Below the pieces are notes generated by a model. It searched no databases, was not told where the DNA came from, and was given only the letters and a program-made list of their open reading frames with translations. Both the position numbers and the translations under genes were made by a program. A stretch of 23,823 bases of DNA from Ignavibacteria bacterium. GTDB lineage: Bacteria; Elusimicrobiota; Endomicrobiia; PHAN01. Of the stretch, positions 1 through 8,696 are shown in pieces. Positions within the stretch are counted from its first letter, which is position 1, and each line of letters opens with the position of its first letter. Where the stretch lies: assembly GCA_041694835.1 (NCBI GenBank), contig JBGFRZ010000045.1, positions 1-23,823 of the forward strand, written 5' to 3'.

Positions 1-34
1 TTTAATTTTACATTTTTAATTGTTTCTTTGTGCT

Positions 35-1084
35 ATGAGAAAGTTAGATGTCAGAAAATCCGAAAAGAGAAAGAGTCAGATATTGCATGCGGCGGTTCAT
101 CACTATATAAAAACCGGACTTCCGACAAGCTCGAATATACTTGTTGCCGATTACGGGCTCAAACTTTCGTCGGCAACTGTCAGGAAGAGCCTTTCGGAGC
201 TTGAGGATGAAGGGTATATGGTCCAGCCACACCCATCTTCAGGACGTATACCTACCGACAAGGGATACAGGGCTTATGTCGATATGCTCAAAAGCGTCCA
301 AAACATAACCATCGGCGAAATGGACAAATTAAGGAGCAATCATCACCGCAATCTCCTTGAACTCGAAGAGGTTCTCGTAAATACATCTAAAATACTTTCA
401 ACGTTATCCCATTATTCCGGCTTTGTTTCTCTTCCGTCGAAGGAAAAAACCATTGTCAAGAACATAGAATTGATATCTTTGAAAGACAAACAACTGTTGT
501 TCATTTTTGTCACAAACACGGGACTTGTAAAGCACAAGTTACTGAATGCAGATATTTCTTTGAGGAACCTCAGGCATATAACAGATTTTCTGAAAGAAAA
601 GATTGAGGGTCTGGCGATAAGCGATGCCGAACAATCTCTTGAGATGGGACTGGCCGATTTAAAAATCGAAAGCATGGAACTCTCGACTCTCGGCGAATTG
701 ATAAAAGATCTTTTTTTATATGAAAGCGATTTCTACATAGACGGTTTTTCAAAGATAATGGCTCTGCCCGAGTTCAGGGATTATTCCTTTTCTGAACGCC
801 TCGTAAACACAGCGGACAAACGAAATCCTCTTGTAAGGGTTTTATCCGACGGACTCTCAAGCGATAACGTCAGGGTTATTATTGGAGCAGAGACGCACTG
901 TAAGGGATTCGAGTGCATAAGCGCCGTCACAAGCGTTTACAAGAAGGACGAAAGGCCGTTGGGTGTGCTCGGTATAATAGGCCCAAAAAGGATGGAGTAC
1001 AGAAAGATGATATCAATAGTAAAACAGGTTTCGCAGATGTTAGGCGATATCCTGGGGAAAATGGAAAGCCATGAAGAAGGATAA
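35..1084 (+). CDS. hrcA: Heat-inducible transcription repressor HrcA
   Basis: N-terminal winged HTH (ILHAAVHHYIKTGLP..SSATVRKSLSELEDEGYMVQPHPSSGRIPTDKGYR), C-terminal GVLGIIGPKRMEY motif; first gene of the grpE-dnaK-dnaJ cluster. ATG at 35 preferred over TTG at 20. Confidence 0.96.
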   Translation: MRKLDVRKSEKRKSQILHAAVHHYIKTGLPTSSNILVADYGLKLSSATVRKSLSELEDEGYMVQPHPSSGRIPTDKGYRAYVDMLKSVQNITIGEMDKLRSNHHRNLLELEEVLVNTSKILSTLSHYSGFVSLPSKEKTIVKNIELISLKDKQLLFIFVTNTGLVKHKLLNADISLRNLRHITDFLKEKIEGLAISDAEQSLEMGLADLKIESMELSTLGELIKDLFLYESDFYIDGFSKIMALPEFRDYSFSERLVNTADKRNPLVRVLSDGLSSDNVRVIIGAETHCKGFECISAVTSVYKKDERPLGVLGIIGPKRMEYRKMISIVKQVSQMLGDILGKMESHEEG

Positions 1085-1619
1085 CGAATCTGAACGCTTC
1101 ACAAACAATAAACAGCCGTCAAATATGGGAATCGTTTCGAATGAAGAAATGCGAGCGCAGCTTGACGAGAAAGAGCGGTTAGCGACGATGTACTACGACC
1201 AACTTTTAAGGCTCAAAGCCGAATTTGAAAATTACAGAAAAAGGGTCGAGAGGGAGAAGGAAAATCACAGGATTTGGGGAAAAGAGGAGATTCTTTTAAA
1301 GCAGATTTCGCTCTACGATATCATAGGGCAGGCTCTTGAATCGGTCAGAACCACAAAGAACACAGAGAGCATAATCGTAGGTCTTGAGATGATATACAAA
1401 GAGTTTGAAAAAATGTTGATTGGCGAGGGCATAAATACTATAGATGCCACCGACGTTTTCGACCCTCATCTTCATGAAGCGGTAGAGACCGTCGAAGATG
1501 AAAGCAAAGTTGACGGAACTATCGTATCAGTATTCCAGAAAGGATACATAATGAACGACAGGGTCATACGCCCCGCAAAAGTGAAAATCGTAAAGAATAA
1601 AATAGTGGATAGTAAATAA
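1071..1619 (+). CDS. grpE: Nucleotide exchange factor GrpE
   Basis: LRLKAEFENYRKR, FDPHLHEAV and QKGY..DRVIRPAKV motifs; lies between hrcA and dnaK. Confidence 0.97.
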   Translation: MKKDNESERFTNNKQPSNMGIVSNEEMRAQLDEKERLATMYYDQLLRLKAEFENYRKRVEREKENHRIWGKEEILLKQISLYDIIGQALESVRTTKNTESIIVGLEMIYKEFEKMLIGEGINTIDATDVFDPHLHEAVETVEDESKVDGTIVSVFQKGYIMNDRVIRPAKVKIVKNKIVDSK

Positions 1620-1680
1620 CAAATAGCGAATAGTGGTAGACGGTAGAAGATAAAAATTTATTGAAATTCATAGAAATTTA
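1601..1680 (+). repeat. Degenerate heptamer tract (AATAGTG/AATAGCG-type, 7 units) followed by three decamers T(A/T)(A/G)AAATT(T/C)A
   Basis: 1601-1649 aatagtg gatagta aataaca aatagcg aatagtg gtagacg gtagaag overlaps the grpE stop; 1651-1680 taaaaattta ttgaaattca tagaaattta. Confidence 0.75.
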
Positions 1681-1932
1681 TCCCGATACATGAGACCACT
1701 GAAAAACCTCACCACAGAGGCACCATGAAGACAGAGAAAAAACTTTACCACGAAAGCGCGAAAGTTAGAAATCACGAAAAAAGTCCCCAATTTCGCGTTT
1801 TCGTGTCTTCGTGGTTCGGAGTTTTAATAACACAGAACTCACATCTTCGTGGGTGATTTCTCTGTGAGGTTCTCATTTTTCTTTGTGTCTTGTGTGGTAG
1901 AAGGTTTTTTTCAGTAATCTCCTTTATCGGGA
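1681..1932. repeat. Nested imperfect palindromic element (MITE-like)
   Basis: Outer IR TCCCGATA (1681-1688)/TATCGGGA (1925-1932); next layers ACTGAAAAACCT/AGGTTTTTTTCAGT and ACCACAGAGGCAC/GTGTCTTGTGTGGT; inner ACCACGAA...TTCGTGGT hairpin. 1709-1817 recurs at 5308-5436. Confidence 0.8.
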
Positions 1933-1994
1933 CAGGTTTCGTGATTTGGTGTTTTCGTGATAATCCACTAATTCCTAAAACAAGGAGGCATAAG

Positions 1995-3878
1995 ATGGCT
2001 AAAATAATTGGCATTGATTTAGGTACAAGCAATTCGGCAGCGTCCGTTATGGAAGGCGGAAAAGCAACTATAATTCCGTCTGCCGAAGGTACAACTTTAG
2101 GCGGAAAAGCATTTCCGTCGTTTGTCGCGTTCACAAAGGACAATCAGCTTCTTGTCGGCGAGCCGGCCAGAAGGCAGGCTGTGTCAAATCCCGAGGGCAC
2201 TTTCACGGCGTTTAAACGCAAGATGGGTGCCGATTTCAAATACAAAATTCACGGGAAAGATTTCACCCCGCAGCAGCTGTCGGCTTTTATTTTGCAAAAA
2301 ATCAAAAACGACGCGGAGGCATTTCTTGGCGATAAGGTCACAAAAGCGGTCATAACGGTTCCGGCGTACTTTAACGACAACCAACGTCAGGCGACGAAAG
2401 ACGCGGGAACCATAGCTGGTCTTGATGTCATAAGACTCGTCAACGAGCCCACGGCGGCATGTCTTTCTTACGGAATCGACAAAGAAAGGGGCGACCAAGA
2501 AATTCTTGTCTTTGACTTCGGCGGAGGAACGCTTGATGTCACTATCATGGAGATGAGTAAAGAAGGGACATTCAATGTTCTTTCGACCTCGGGCGACACA
2601 CAGCTTGGTGGAACCGACATGGACAACGCCCTCATAGATTACATAGCGAACGAGTTCAAGAAAGAGCACGGCATCGACTTAAGGAACGACAAAATGGCCG
2701 TTCAGCGCCTAAGAGAGGCCGCGGAGAAAGCCAAAATCGAACTTTCCAACATACTTGAAACCGACATTAATCTTCCTTTCATAACTGCTGATGCCTCCGG
2801 CCCCAAGCATCTTACCATGAAGATAACCAGAGCCACGCTTGAAAAACTTGTGGGTCCGATAGTTGAGAGATGCGCCTCTTCCATTGAGCAGGCTGTTGCG
2901 GACGCAAAAAGTGCTCCCGGTAGCCACATAAAAAGCATTAAGGATATAACGAAAATTATTCTTGTCGGAGGACCGACCAGAATGCCTATAGTTCAGAAGT
3001 TCGTGGAAGAACATGTGGGCAAAAAAGTCGAAAGAGGCATAGATCCGATGGAATGCGTTGCGATGGGTGCCGCTATTCAGGGTGCCGTTTTAAGTGGTGA
3101 AGTCAAAGACATACTTCTTTTGGATGTGACGCCGCTTACGCTCGGGCTTGAGACTCTCGGGGGCGTCCGCACGCCGCTCATCGACAGGAATACTACAATT
3201 CCCGTGAAAAAGTCGCAGATATTCTCTACAGCGGCAGACAGTCAGACTTCCGTAGAGGTCCATGTTCTTCAGGGAGAACGTCCGATGGCGGTGGATAACG
3301 TATCGCTCGGCAAATTTATGCTTGATGGGATTCCTCCCGCTCCAAGAGGCGTCCCACAGATAGAGGTTACATTCGATATAGATGCGAACGGCATACTTCA
3401 TGTCACAGCGAAAGACACCGGAACCGGCAGGGAGCAGTCCATCAGAATAACAGCATCCACTAAACTTTCCAAAGATGAGGTCGAGAAATTCGTGAAGGAT
3501 GCATCACAGTACGCCGACGCCGATAAAAAGAAAAAAGAAGAGATAGAAGCGAAAAACGAGCTTGACAGCATAGTCTATTCCACCGAGAAAAGTTTGAAGG
3601 ATTATGGTGACAAGCTTTCGCAGGATGAAAGGCTCAACATAGAAAGGGCGCTAGGCGAGGCGAAGGACGCGTTGAAATCCGAGGAGATAAACCAAATCAA
3701 AAAAGCCAAAGACAATCTTGTAAAGGAGTCATACAAACTCGCCGAAATGGTTTACAAGCAGGCCGCAGAGAAGCAAAAGACACCTAAGAAAGAGGGGGGC
3801 GAAGAAACTCCTGAAGAAGGAGAACAGAAGGAAAAAGTCGTCGATGCAGAAGTTGTCGATGAAGACAAGGATAAGTAG
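1995..3878 (+). CDS. dnaK: Molecular chaperone DnaK (Hsp70)
   Basis: [38 protein letters not shown] and [11 protein letters not shown] motifs. True start ATG 1995 with AGGAGG RBS; the track's extension to 1890 reads through repeat DNA. Confidence 0.99.
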   Translation: MAKIIGIDLGTSNSAASVMEGGKATIIPSAEGTTLGGKAFPSFVAFTKDNQLLVGEPARRQAVSNPEGTFTAFKRKMGADFKYKIHGKDFTPQQLSAFILQKIKNDAEAFLGDKVTKAVITVPAYFNDNQRQATKDAGTIAGLDVIRLVNEPTAACLSYGIDKERGDQEILVFDFGGGTLDVTIMEMSKEGTFNVLSTSGDTQLGGTDMDNALIDYIANEFKKEHGIDLRNDKMAVQRLREAAEKAKIELSNILETDINLPFITADASGPKHLTMKITRATLEKLVGPIVERCASSIEQAVADAKSAPGSHIKSIKDITKIILVGGPTRMPIVQKFVEEHVGKKVERGIDPMECVAMGAAIQGAVLSGEVKDILLLDVTPLTLGLETLGGVRTPLIDRNTTIPVKKSQIFSTAADSQTSVEVHVLQGERPMAVDNVSLGKFMLDGIPPAPRGVPQIEVTFDIDANGILHVTAKDTGTGREQSIRITASTKLSKDEVEKFVKDASQYADADKKKKEEIEAKNELDSIVYSTEKSLKDYGDKLSQDERLNIERALGEAKDALKSEEINQIKKAKDNLVKESYKLAEMVYKQAAEKQKTPKKEGGEETPEEGEQKEKVVDAEVVDEDKDK

Positions 3879-4140
3879 ATAGTAGGTAGTAGATAGGGAA
3901 TGACGAATAGCGGATAGTGAATAGAGGTGAGAGATGAGGGGTGAGAGAATAGCGAATAGTGAATAGCAAATAGCGAATAGTGGATGGCGGCTGGTGACTG
4001 GAGGAAACGAGCCACGAGCCACCGCTGCTCTGCTGCCCTGACTTGTGTTCTTGTGCCCTTGTGCTCTGCCACTCTGTCCCCTGTCCTCTGACTTCTGCCG
4101 TTGTGCTCTTGTGCACTTGTGTTCTTACGCCCTTGTTCTC
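3874..4140 (+). repeat. Periodic tract: 21 in-phase degenerate purine-rich heptamers, then pyrimidine-rich 7/8-mers
   Basis: 3874-4020 agtagat agtaggt agtagat agggaat gacgaat agcggat agtgaat ... agcgaat agtgaat agcaaat agcgaat agtggat ... acgagcc acgagcc; then CTTGTGNN octamers (cttgtgtt cttgtgcc cttgtgct ... cttgtgca cttgtgtt). Fills the whole dnaK-dnaJ gap. Confidence 0.9.
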
Positions 4141-4146
4141 TAACGT

Positions 4147-5229
4147 ATGGCAAAAGATTTATACGAAATTCTCGGTGTTGGCAAAAACTCCACTACGGAG
4201 GAGATAAAACAGGCCTATCGCCGTCTCGCCTTGAAATATCACCCGGATAAAAATCCCGGCGACAAATCGGCGGAGGATAAATTTAAGGAGATCAACGCCG
4301 CATACGAGGTCCTCGCCGATGCGAAAAAAAGGCAGATGTATGACCAGCTTGGTTCCGAGGCATTTACCGGCGGATATCACCCGGGAGCGGGAACTTATGC
4401 CCAAAATCAGGGGTTTCCCGGATCCGGTGATTTTGCAGATTTTACCGACGTATTCGGGGACATATTCGGAGACATATTTGGTGGCTCTTCGAGAAAGACA
4501 AGGCATCCTCGCGCTCAGAGAGGAGCGGACATAAGAACAGAAATCGAACTTTCGCTGAAGGAGGCGTTTTCCGGCGTAGAAAAACACATAGATATACAAA
4601 GACACGAGCCCTGCCCTCATTGCCACGGAAGTGGGGCGAAAGCCGGCACTCATCCGAAAACATGTCCGACATGTAAAGGAACAGGTCAGATAAGGACAGC
4701 GCAAGGATTTTTTTCGTTCACAAGGAGCTGCTCAAAATGCGGGGGAAAAGGCTTGCATATAGAGACCCCTTGCTCCGAATGCCGTGGTCAAGGGGTGGTC
4801 AGAATGCCTCACAAAATTACTGTTAAAATACCAGCGGGCGTCGATGACGGAACGACTTTGCGGGTAGCGGGTTCCGGTGAAGTTAGTTCGGGTGGCTACG
4901 CCGGGGATCTTTTCGTGGTTGTGCGCATAAAAAAGGACCCACATTTTACACGCCACGGCGACGACCTTCTTCACGAGGTTTTTTTACATTACCACCAGCT
5001 TGTTTTCGGGAGTGAGTTGGAGGTTCCGACTCTCGAAGGTCATGCCAAGATAAAAGTTCCAACTGCCACGTCACCTGGCACTATACTGAAAGTAAAGGAA
5101 CACGGCATACCTCATCTCAACCGCCGCGGCCGCGGAGATTTGCTTGTTAAAATCAATATAAAAATACCAAAAGACCTCTCTGAAAGACAGAAGTTGTATT
5201 TAAGACAGCTCGCCCAATCGTTTGAATAA
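4147..5229 (+). CDS. dnaJ: Molecular chaperone DnaJ
   Basis: J domain with HPD, G/F-rich linker, four CxxCxGxG repeats ([32 protein letters not shown]). Confidence 0.99.
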   Translation: MAKDLYEILGVGKNSTTEEIKQAYRRLALKYHPDKNPGDKSAEDKFKEINAAYEVLADAKKRQMYDQLGSEAFTGGYHPGAGTYAQNQGFPGSGDFADFTDVFGDIFGDIFGGSSRKTRHPRAQRGADIRTEIELSLKEAFSGVEKHIDIQRHEPCPHCHGSGAKAGTHPKTCPTCKGTGQIRTAQGFFSFTRSCSKCGGKGLHIETPCSECRGQGVVRMPHKITVKIPAGVDDGTTLRVAGSGEVSSGGYAGDLFVVVRIKKDPHFTRHGDDLLHEVFLHYHQLVFGSELEVPTLEGHAKIKVPTATSPGTILKVKEHGIPHLNRRGRGDLLVKINIKIPKDLSERQKLYLRQLAQSFE

Positions 5230-5307
5230 ACCCCGTTAGAAAGGATATGGTGAGTTAACGAAGCAAATTTAGACCATAAATAGGGTTCACTGACGCTTCA
5301 CTAAAAT

Positions 5308-5436
5308 TCACCACAGAGGCACAGAGAACACAGAGAAAAAACTTTACCACGAAAGCACGAAAGTTACCTGTCTGCCGACAGGCAGGGGAATCACGAAAAA
5401 AGTCCCCAATTTCGCGTTTTCGTGTCTTCGTGGTTC
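5308..5436 (+). repeat. Second copy of the 109-bp element at 1709-1817, carrying a 20-bp palindromic insert (5367-5386)
   Basis: Near-identical to 1709-1817 apart from CCTGTCTGCCGACAGGCAGG inserted after AAGTTA. Confidence 0.92.
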
Positions 5437-5479
5437 AGATTAGTCTCGACTTGGCGGGATCATCAGACCCTAAATAAAT

Positions 5480-5506
5480 GTAGACCCCCAAAATTCATTC
5501 GGGGGT
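5480..5506 (+). repeat. REP-like hairpin with GTAG foot
   Basis: GTAG ACCCCC AAAATTCATTC GGGGGT; related copy at 12915-12938. Confidence 0.65.
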
Positions 5507-5553
5507 AATCCCGATGGACGTCAAAATCGCAGAATATTTCTAATGGGGTAAAC

Positions 5554-6297
5554 ATGCCACATTTCTACTGCCCAACGCAGAACTTCAAAGAAAATACATT
5601 TTTACTCACAATCGGAGAATCCCACCACCTGCTTAATGTCTTGCGAAAGAAAGCGGGCGACAGGATCAATATATTTGATGGAAAAGGCAACAGCTATATT
5701 GGAGAAATAAGTGGTGTCAAAAACGGGAAAGTTTTTGGTAAAATCATAGAATATACTCCGTCGTCCAAGGAGTCAAAAAATTTCGGAGTCAGGCTTTTTA
5801 TTTCGCCGCTCAAGAAACAAAAATTGGACGAGATAATAGAAAAAGCCGCTCAGCTCGGCGTGGCCGAAATCATCCCCGTAATTTCAGAAAGAACCGTAGT
5901 CAAAATTTCCGTCGCCGATACGGCCAAGAACACGAGATGGAATTTGATTGCTCTCGCTGCTTCTAAACAGTCTGGAAGAACGGATATTATGAATATTGCT
6001 AAAGCGGTAGGGTTCACAGAAGCTGTTGATTACGTCTCAAAAACTTCGAACTCACTTAATCTGATAGCTTGGGAAAGCGAAGAAACAATCGGTGTCAAAG
6101 ATGTATTGATGCCTATTGCAAAAGCACCCGCGTCCGTAAATCTTTTTGTCGGGCCGGAAGGCGGGTATTCAATCGGTGAGATAGAATTTGCAAGGAACAA
6201 AAACTTTAAGACAGTGTCTCTTGGAGAAAAAATTTTGAAAAGCGACACAGCCGCCATATATCTTGTTTCGATAATTCAATATATGTTTGGCGAGTAA
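5554..6297 (+). CDS. rsmE: 16S rRNA m3U1498 methyltransferase RsmE
   Basis: HHLLNVLR, EKAAQLGV, AASKQSGR, VGPEGGYS and SLGEKILKSDTA SPOUT motifs; conserved position downstream of dnaJ. Confidence 0.95.
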   Translation: MPHFYCPTQNFKENTFLLTIGESHHLLNVLRKKAGDRINIFDGKGNSYIGEISGVKNGKVFGKIIEYTPSSKESKNFGVRLFISPLKKQKLDEIIEKAAQLGVAEIIPVISERTVVKISVADTAKNTRWNLIALAASKQSGRTDIMNIAKAVGFTEAVDYVSKTSNSLNLIAWESEETIGVKDVLMPIAKAPASVNLFVGPEGGYSIGEIEFARNKNFKTVSLGEKILKSDTAAIYLVSIIQYMFGE

Positions 6298-6304
6298 ACT
6301 TTTC

Positions 6305-6343
6305 GACGAAGCATTCGAACATTTGTTCGAATTTTCCGTCTAC
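6305..6343. repeat. Hairpin containing the palindrome CGAAC-ATTT-GTTCG (LexA-box-like, or a minus-strand GTAG REP)
   Basis: ATTCGAACA/TGTTCGAAT stem; on the minus strand it begins GTAG. Confidence 0.45.
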
Positions 6344-6359
6344 AGAAAGTATAAAATTT

Positions 6360-7577
6360 ATGAAAAAAGTTTATTTCTACACTTTCGGATGCAAAGTCAA
6401 CCAGTATGACACTCAGCGCATAAGGGAAAACTTCTCCAGTGATTACAACGAAGTTGCTTCCCCTGAAGATGCCGACATCGTTGTGATTAATTCGTGCACG
6501 GTCACCGCAGAGGCTGATAGGCAGTGCAGGCAGATCGTAAGGCGGATGACGAGAGTTGCTCCGCAAGCTGACATTGTTGTATGCGGATGCTATTCGAAGC
6601 GCGCCACTGACGAAATAAAAAATCATTTCGATGGAAACCCGAGAGTAAAGATACTCAAGGATATGGAAAATATAATTGAATACTATAAAATCGTTGAATC
6701 GAAAAAAATTATAACTTCTTTTTCCGAACACGCTCGGGCATATCTTAAAATACAGGATGGTTGCGATCAATTTTGCAGCTACTGCGTCGTTCCATACATC
6801 AGAAGCGGAAACTGCAGTAAGTCCAAAGATGAAGTCGTCGAAGAGGTCACGGCGCTTTTAAACAACGGCTATCTTGAAATCGTTTTGTGCGGGGTTCGAC
6901 TGGGGAAATATAGCCCTCAAGAAAATTATCTTCTTGAAAATCTCATCTCGGATATCTTAAGTATCAATAAGGAGTTCAGGATAAGACTCTCATCCATAGA
7001 GATAACCGAGATAACGGACAAACTGCTTAATTTTATGAAGGAAAATCCCATCAAGATCTGCCCCCATCTTCACATACCTCTTCAATCCGGCGACGATACT
7101 CTCCTTAAAAAAATGAACCGGCCATACAATACCCGCTTTTATTCAGAAAGAATTTCTGACATAAAAAAAACAATTCCAGATATAACGATAACAACGGATG
7201 TGATTGTTGGGTTTCCCGGCGAAACCGAAGAGATGTTTGAAAATACATGCGAGTTTGTGGAAAAAATCGGTTTTTCCAAGGTACACATATTTCCTTTCTC
7301 TCCCCGACCTGGGACATCGGCCTCGATCGGTTTTAAGTCGGATGACAACTATGTAAAAACAGTAAAACTCAGGAAGAAGAAGCTTTTTGAAATAGATGAA
7401 TCGCTCCGGAAAAAAGCGAGAAAAATATCTGAAAATAGCGAGCATCACGCTGTCTACATAGGTGACGGATGGATTCTGACAGAAGATTATCAGTATTTCA
7501 GATGCAACAACTCTGCCAAAGACAAGATATTCAGATTTCGCCCGGAGGATATATCGCTTCAGCATAAGGTCGTTTGA
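6360..7577 (+). CDS. mtaB: tRNA t6A37 methylthiotransferase MtaB (radical SAM)
   Basis: TFGCKVNQYDT, INSCTVT, radical SAM motif GCDQFCSYC, HIPLQSG, DVIVGFPGET; follows rsmE as is usual. Confidence 0.92.
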   Translation: MKKVYFYTFGCKVNQYDTQRIRENFSSDYNEVASPEDADIVVINSCTVTAEADRQCRQIVRRMTRVAPQADIVVCGCYSKRATDEIKNHFDGNPRVKILKDMENIIEYYKIVESKKIITSFSEHARAYLKIQDGCDQFCSYCVVPYIRSGNCSKSKDEVVEEVTALLNNGYLEIVLCGVRLGKYSPQENYLLENLISDILSINKEFRIRLSSIEITEITDKLLNFMKENPIKICPHLHIPLQSGDDTLLKKMNRPYNTRFYSERISDIKKTIPDITITTDVIVGFPGETEEMFENTCEFVEKIGFSKVHIFPFSPRPGTSASIGFKSDDNYVKTVKLRKKKLFEIDESLRKKARKISENSEHHAVYIGDGWILTEDYQYFRCNNSAKDKIFRFRPEDISLQHKVV

Positions 7578-7610
7578 TTTCTAAGTAATCGAGTAAATTC
7601 TGGTCGGGTG

Positions 7611-7851
7611 AATTTGACGAAAAATGCAGCGAAACAACGTTGATTGCTGTGTTTGTGAAAAGCGAATATGTCTTTAGCATCACATGTCGCTACGTTGACA
7701 TAAAACTCAAACTTAAATAAAGCGTATGCATAGTTCTTAACGAGAAGCAATTTCCAAAATTTCAATTTTATGAAGCTTTCATTAAGCAATTGCTCTCGTG
7801 GACAAATTTTTCCGCTACATTTTTGCATAAATGTTGTCCAATCGTCAAATT
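7611..7851. repeat. Nested inverted-repeat region
   Basis: AATTTGACGA (7611-7620)/TCGTCAAATT (7842-7851) perfect IR; inner CGAGAAGCAATT/AATTGCTCTCG and TGGACAA/TTGTCCA. Confidence 0.5.
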
Positions 7852-7865
7852 TTTTAATATAAATT

Positions 7866-7893
7866 TTGCAGAGAAATGAAAATTTGCTATTAT
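7866..7893 (+). promoter_or_regulatory. Putative sigma70 promoter of the tpiA-BMC operon
   Basis: TTGCAG (7866-7871), 16-bp spacer, extended -10 TGcTATTAT (7885-7893), about 50 bp upstream of tpiA. Confidence 0.4.
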
Positions 7894-7943
7894 AACTTCG
7901 ATGAGTTTATGGACAAAAAGACCACGCTGGTGCAGGAGAATTT

Positions 7944-8693
7944 ATGCGCAGACCTATAATAGCTGGGAATTGGAAGATGTACAAAACGATGCCTGAAGCG
8001 CTTGAACTTGTTAATACGCTTAAGAACTTAACCCTCTCTGTTAGCGGCCGCGAGATCGTGGTTGCTCCGCCTTTTACCTCACTTCTCGTTGTGCGCGAAG
8101 CGCTCAAAAACTCCGCGATAAAACTCGCTGCGCAAAATATCCACTGGCAGAAAGATGGAGCTTTTACCGGCGAGATATCGGCGTCAATGCTCAAAGACAG
8201 CGGATGCGATTATGTCATAATAGGTCATTCGGAAAGAAGGCAGTATTTCGGAGAGACCGACGAGACTGTCAACAAAAAGACAAAATCTGCTCTGTCGGCG
8301 GGTCTTGTCCCCATCGTTTGCATCGGAGAAACACTTGCCGAACGCGAAGCAAATAAAACATTTGAAGTCGTCGAAAAACAAATTGTTGTTGGCATAGCCG
8401 CTCTCTCTCCCGTCGAAGCGAAAATATTGGTAATCGCGTATGAGCCCGTCTGGGCGATTGGGACCGGAAAAACCGCGACTCCCCAGCAGGCTCAAGAAGT
8501 CCACAAATTCATAAGAGAAAAGTACTCCATAATGTACGGAAAGGAAAGTGGTAATTCCTTGAGAATTATTTACGGTGGTTCTGTAAAACCGGATAATATC
8601 AAAGAACTTATGTCGCAGTCCGATATTGACGGGGCGCTCGTCGGTGGAGCATCTTTGAAAGCCGACGATTTTATCAAAATCATCCGTTACTGA
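7944..8693 (+). CDS. tpiA: Triosephosphate isomerase
   Basis: IAGNWKM, GAFTGEIS, IGHSERR, AYEPVWAIGTG, YGGSV and GALVGGASL motifs; AGGAGA RBS. Confidence 0.99.
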   Translation: MRRPIIAGNWKMYKTMPEALELVNTLKNLTLSVSGREIVVAPPFTSLLVVREALKNSAIKLAAQNIHWQKDGAFTGEISASMLKDSGCDYVIIGHSERRQYFGETDETVNKKTKSALSAGLVPIVCIGETLAEREANKTFEVVEKQIVVGIAALSPVEAKILVIAYEPVWAIGTGKTATPQQAQEVHKFIREKYSIMYGKESGNSLRIIYGGSVKPDNIKELMSQSDIDGALVGGASLKADDFIKIIRY

Positions 8694-8696
8694 TGA

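Larger units (their letters stand above)
5231..5548. mobile_element. 318-bp MITE-like element with nested repeats
   Basis: TIR CCCCGTTAGAAA (5231-5242)/TTTCTAATGGGG (5537-5548), 1 mismatch, flanked by TAAA on both sides (5227-5230, 5549-5552); no ORF inside. Confidence 0.75.

Noticed and set aside
1-40. CIRCE operator upstream of hrcA
   Set aside because: No TTAGCACTC-N9-GAGTGCTAA here or before dnaK; only a partial GTGCTA. It may lie left of the window.
1890-1994. 35-aa N-terminal extension of DnaK in the ORF track
   Set aside because: Reads through repeat DNA; the RBS and family start are at 1995. The same applies to extensions at 9342 (BMC-H), 15017 and 15559.
3874-4140. CRISPR array
   Set aside because: Units are 7-8 nt and contiguous, with no 23-47-nt repeats, unique spacers or cas genes. 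No other repeat in the window fits either.
3729-4153. Three overlapping minus-strand ORFs
   Set aside because: Low-complexity translations of the heptamer/octamer tract with no protein features.
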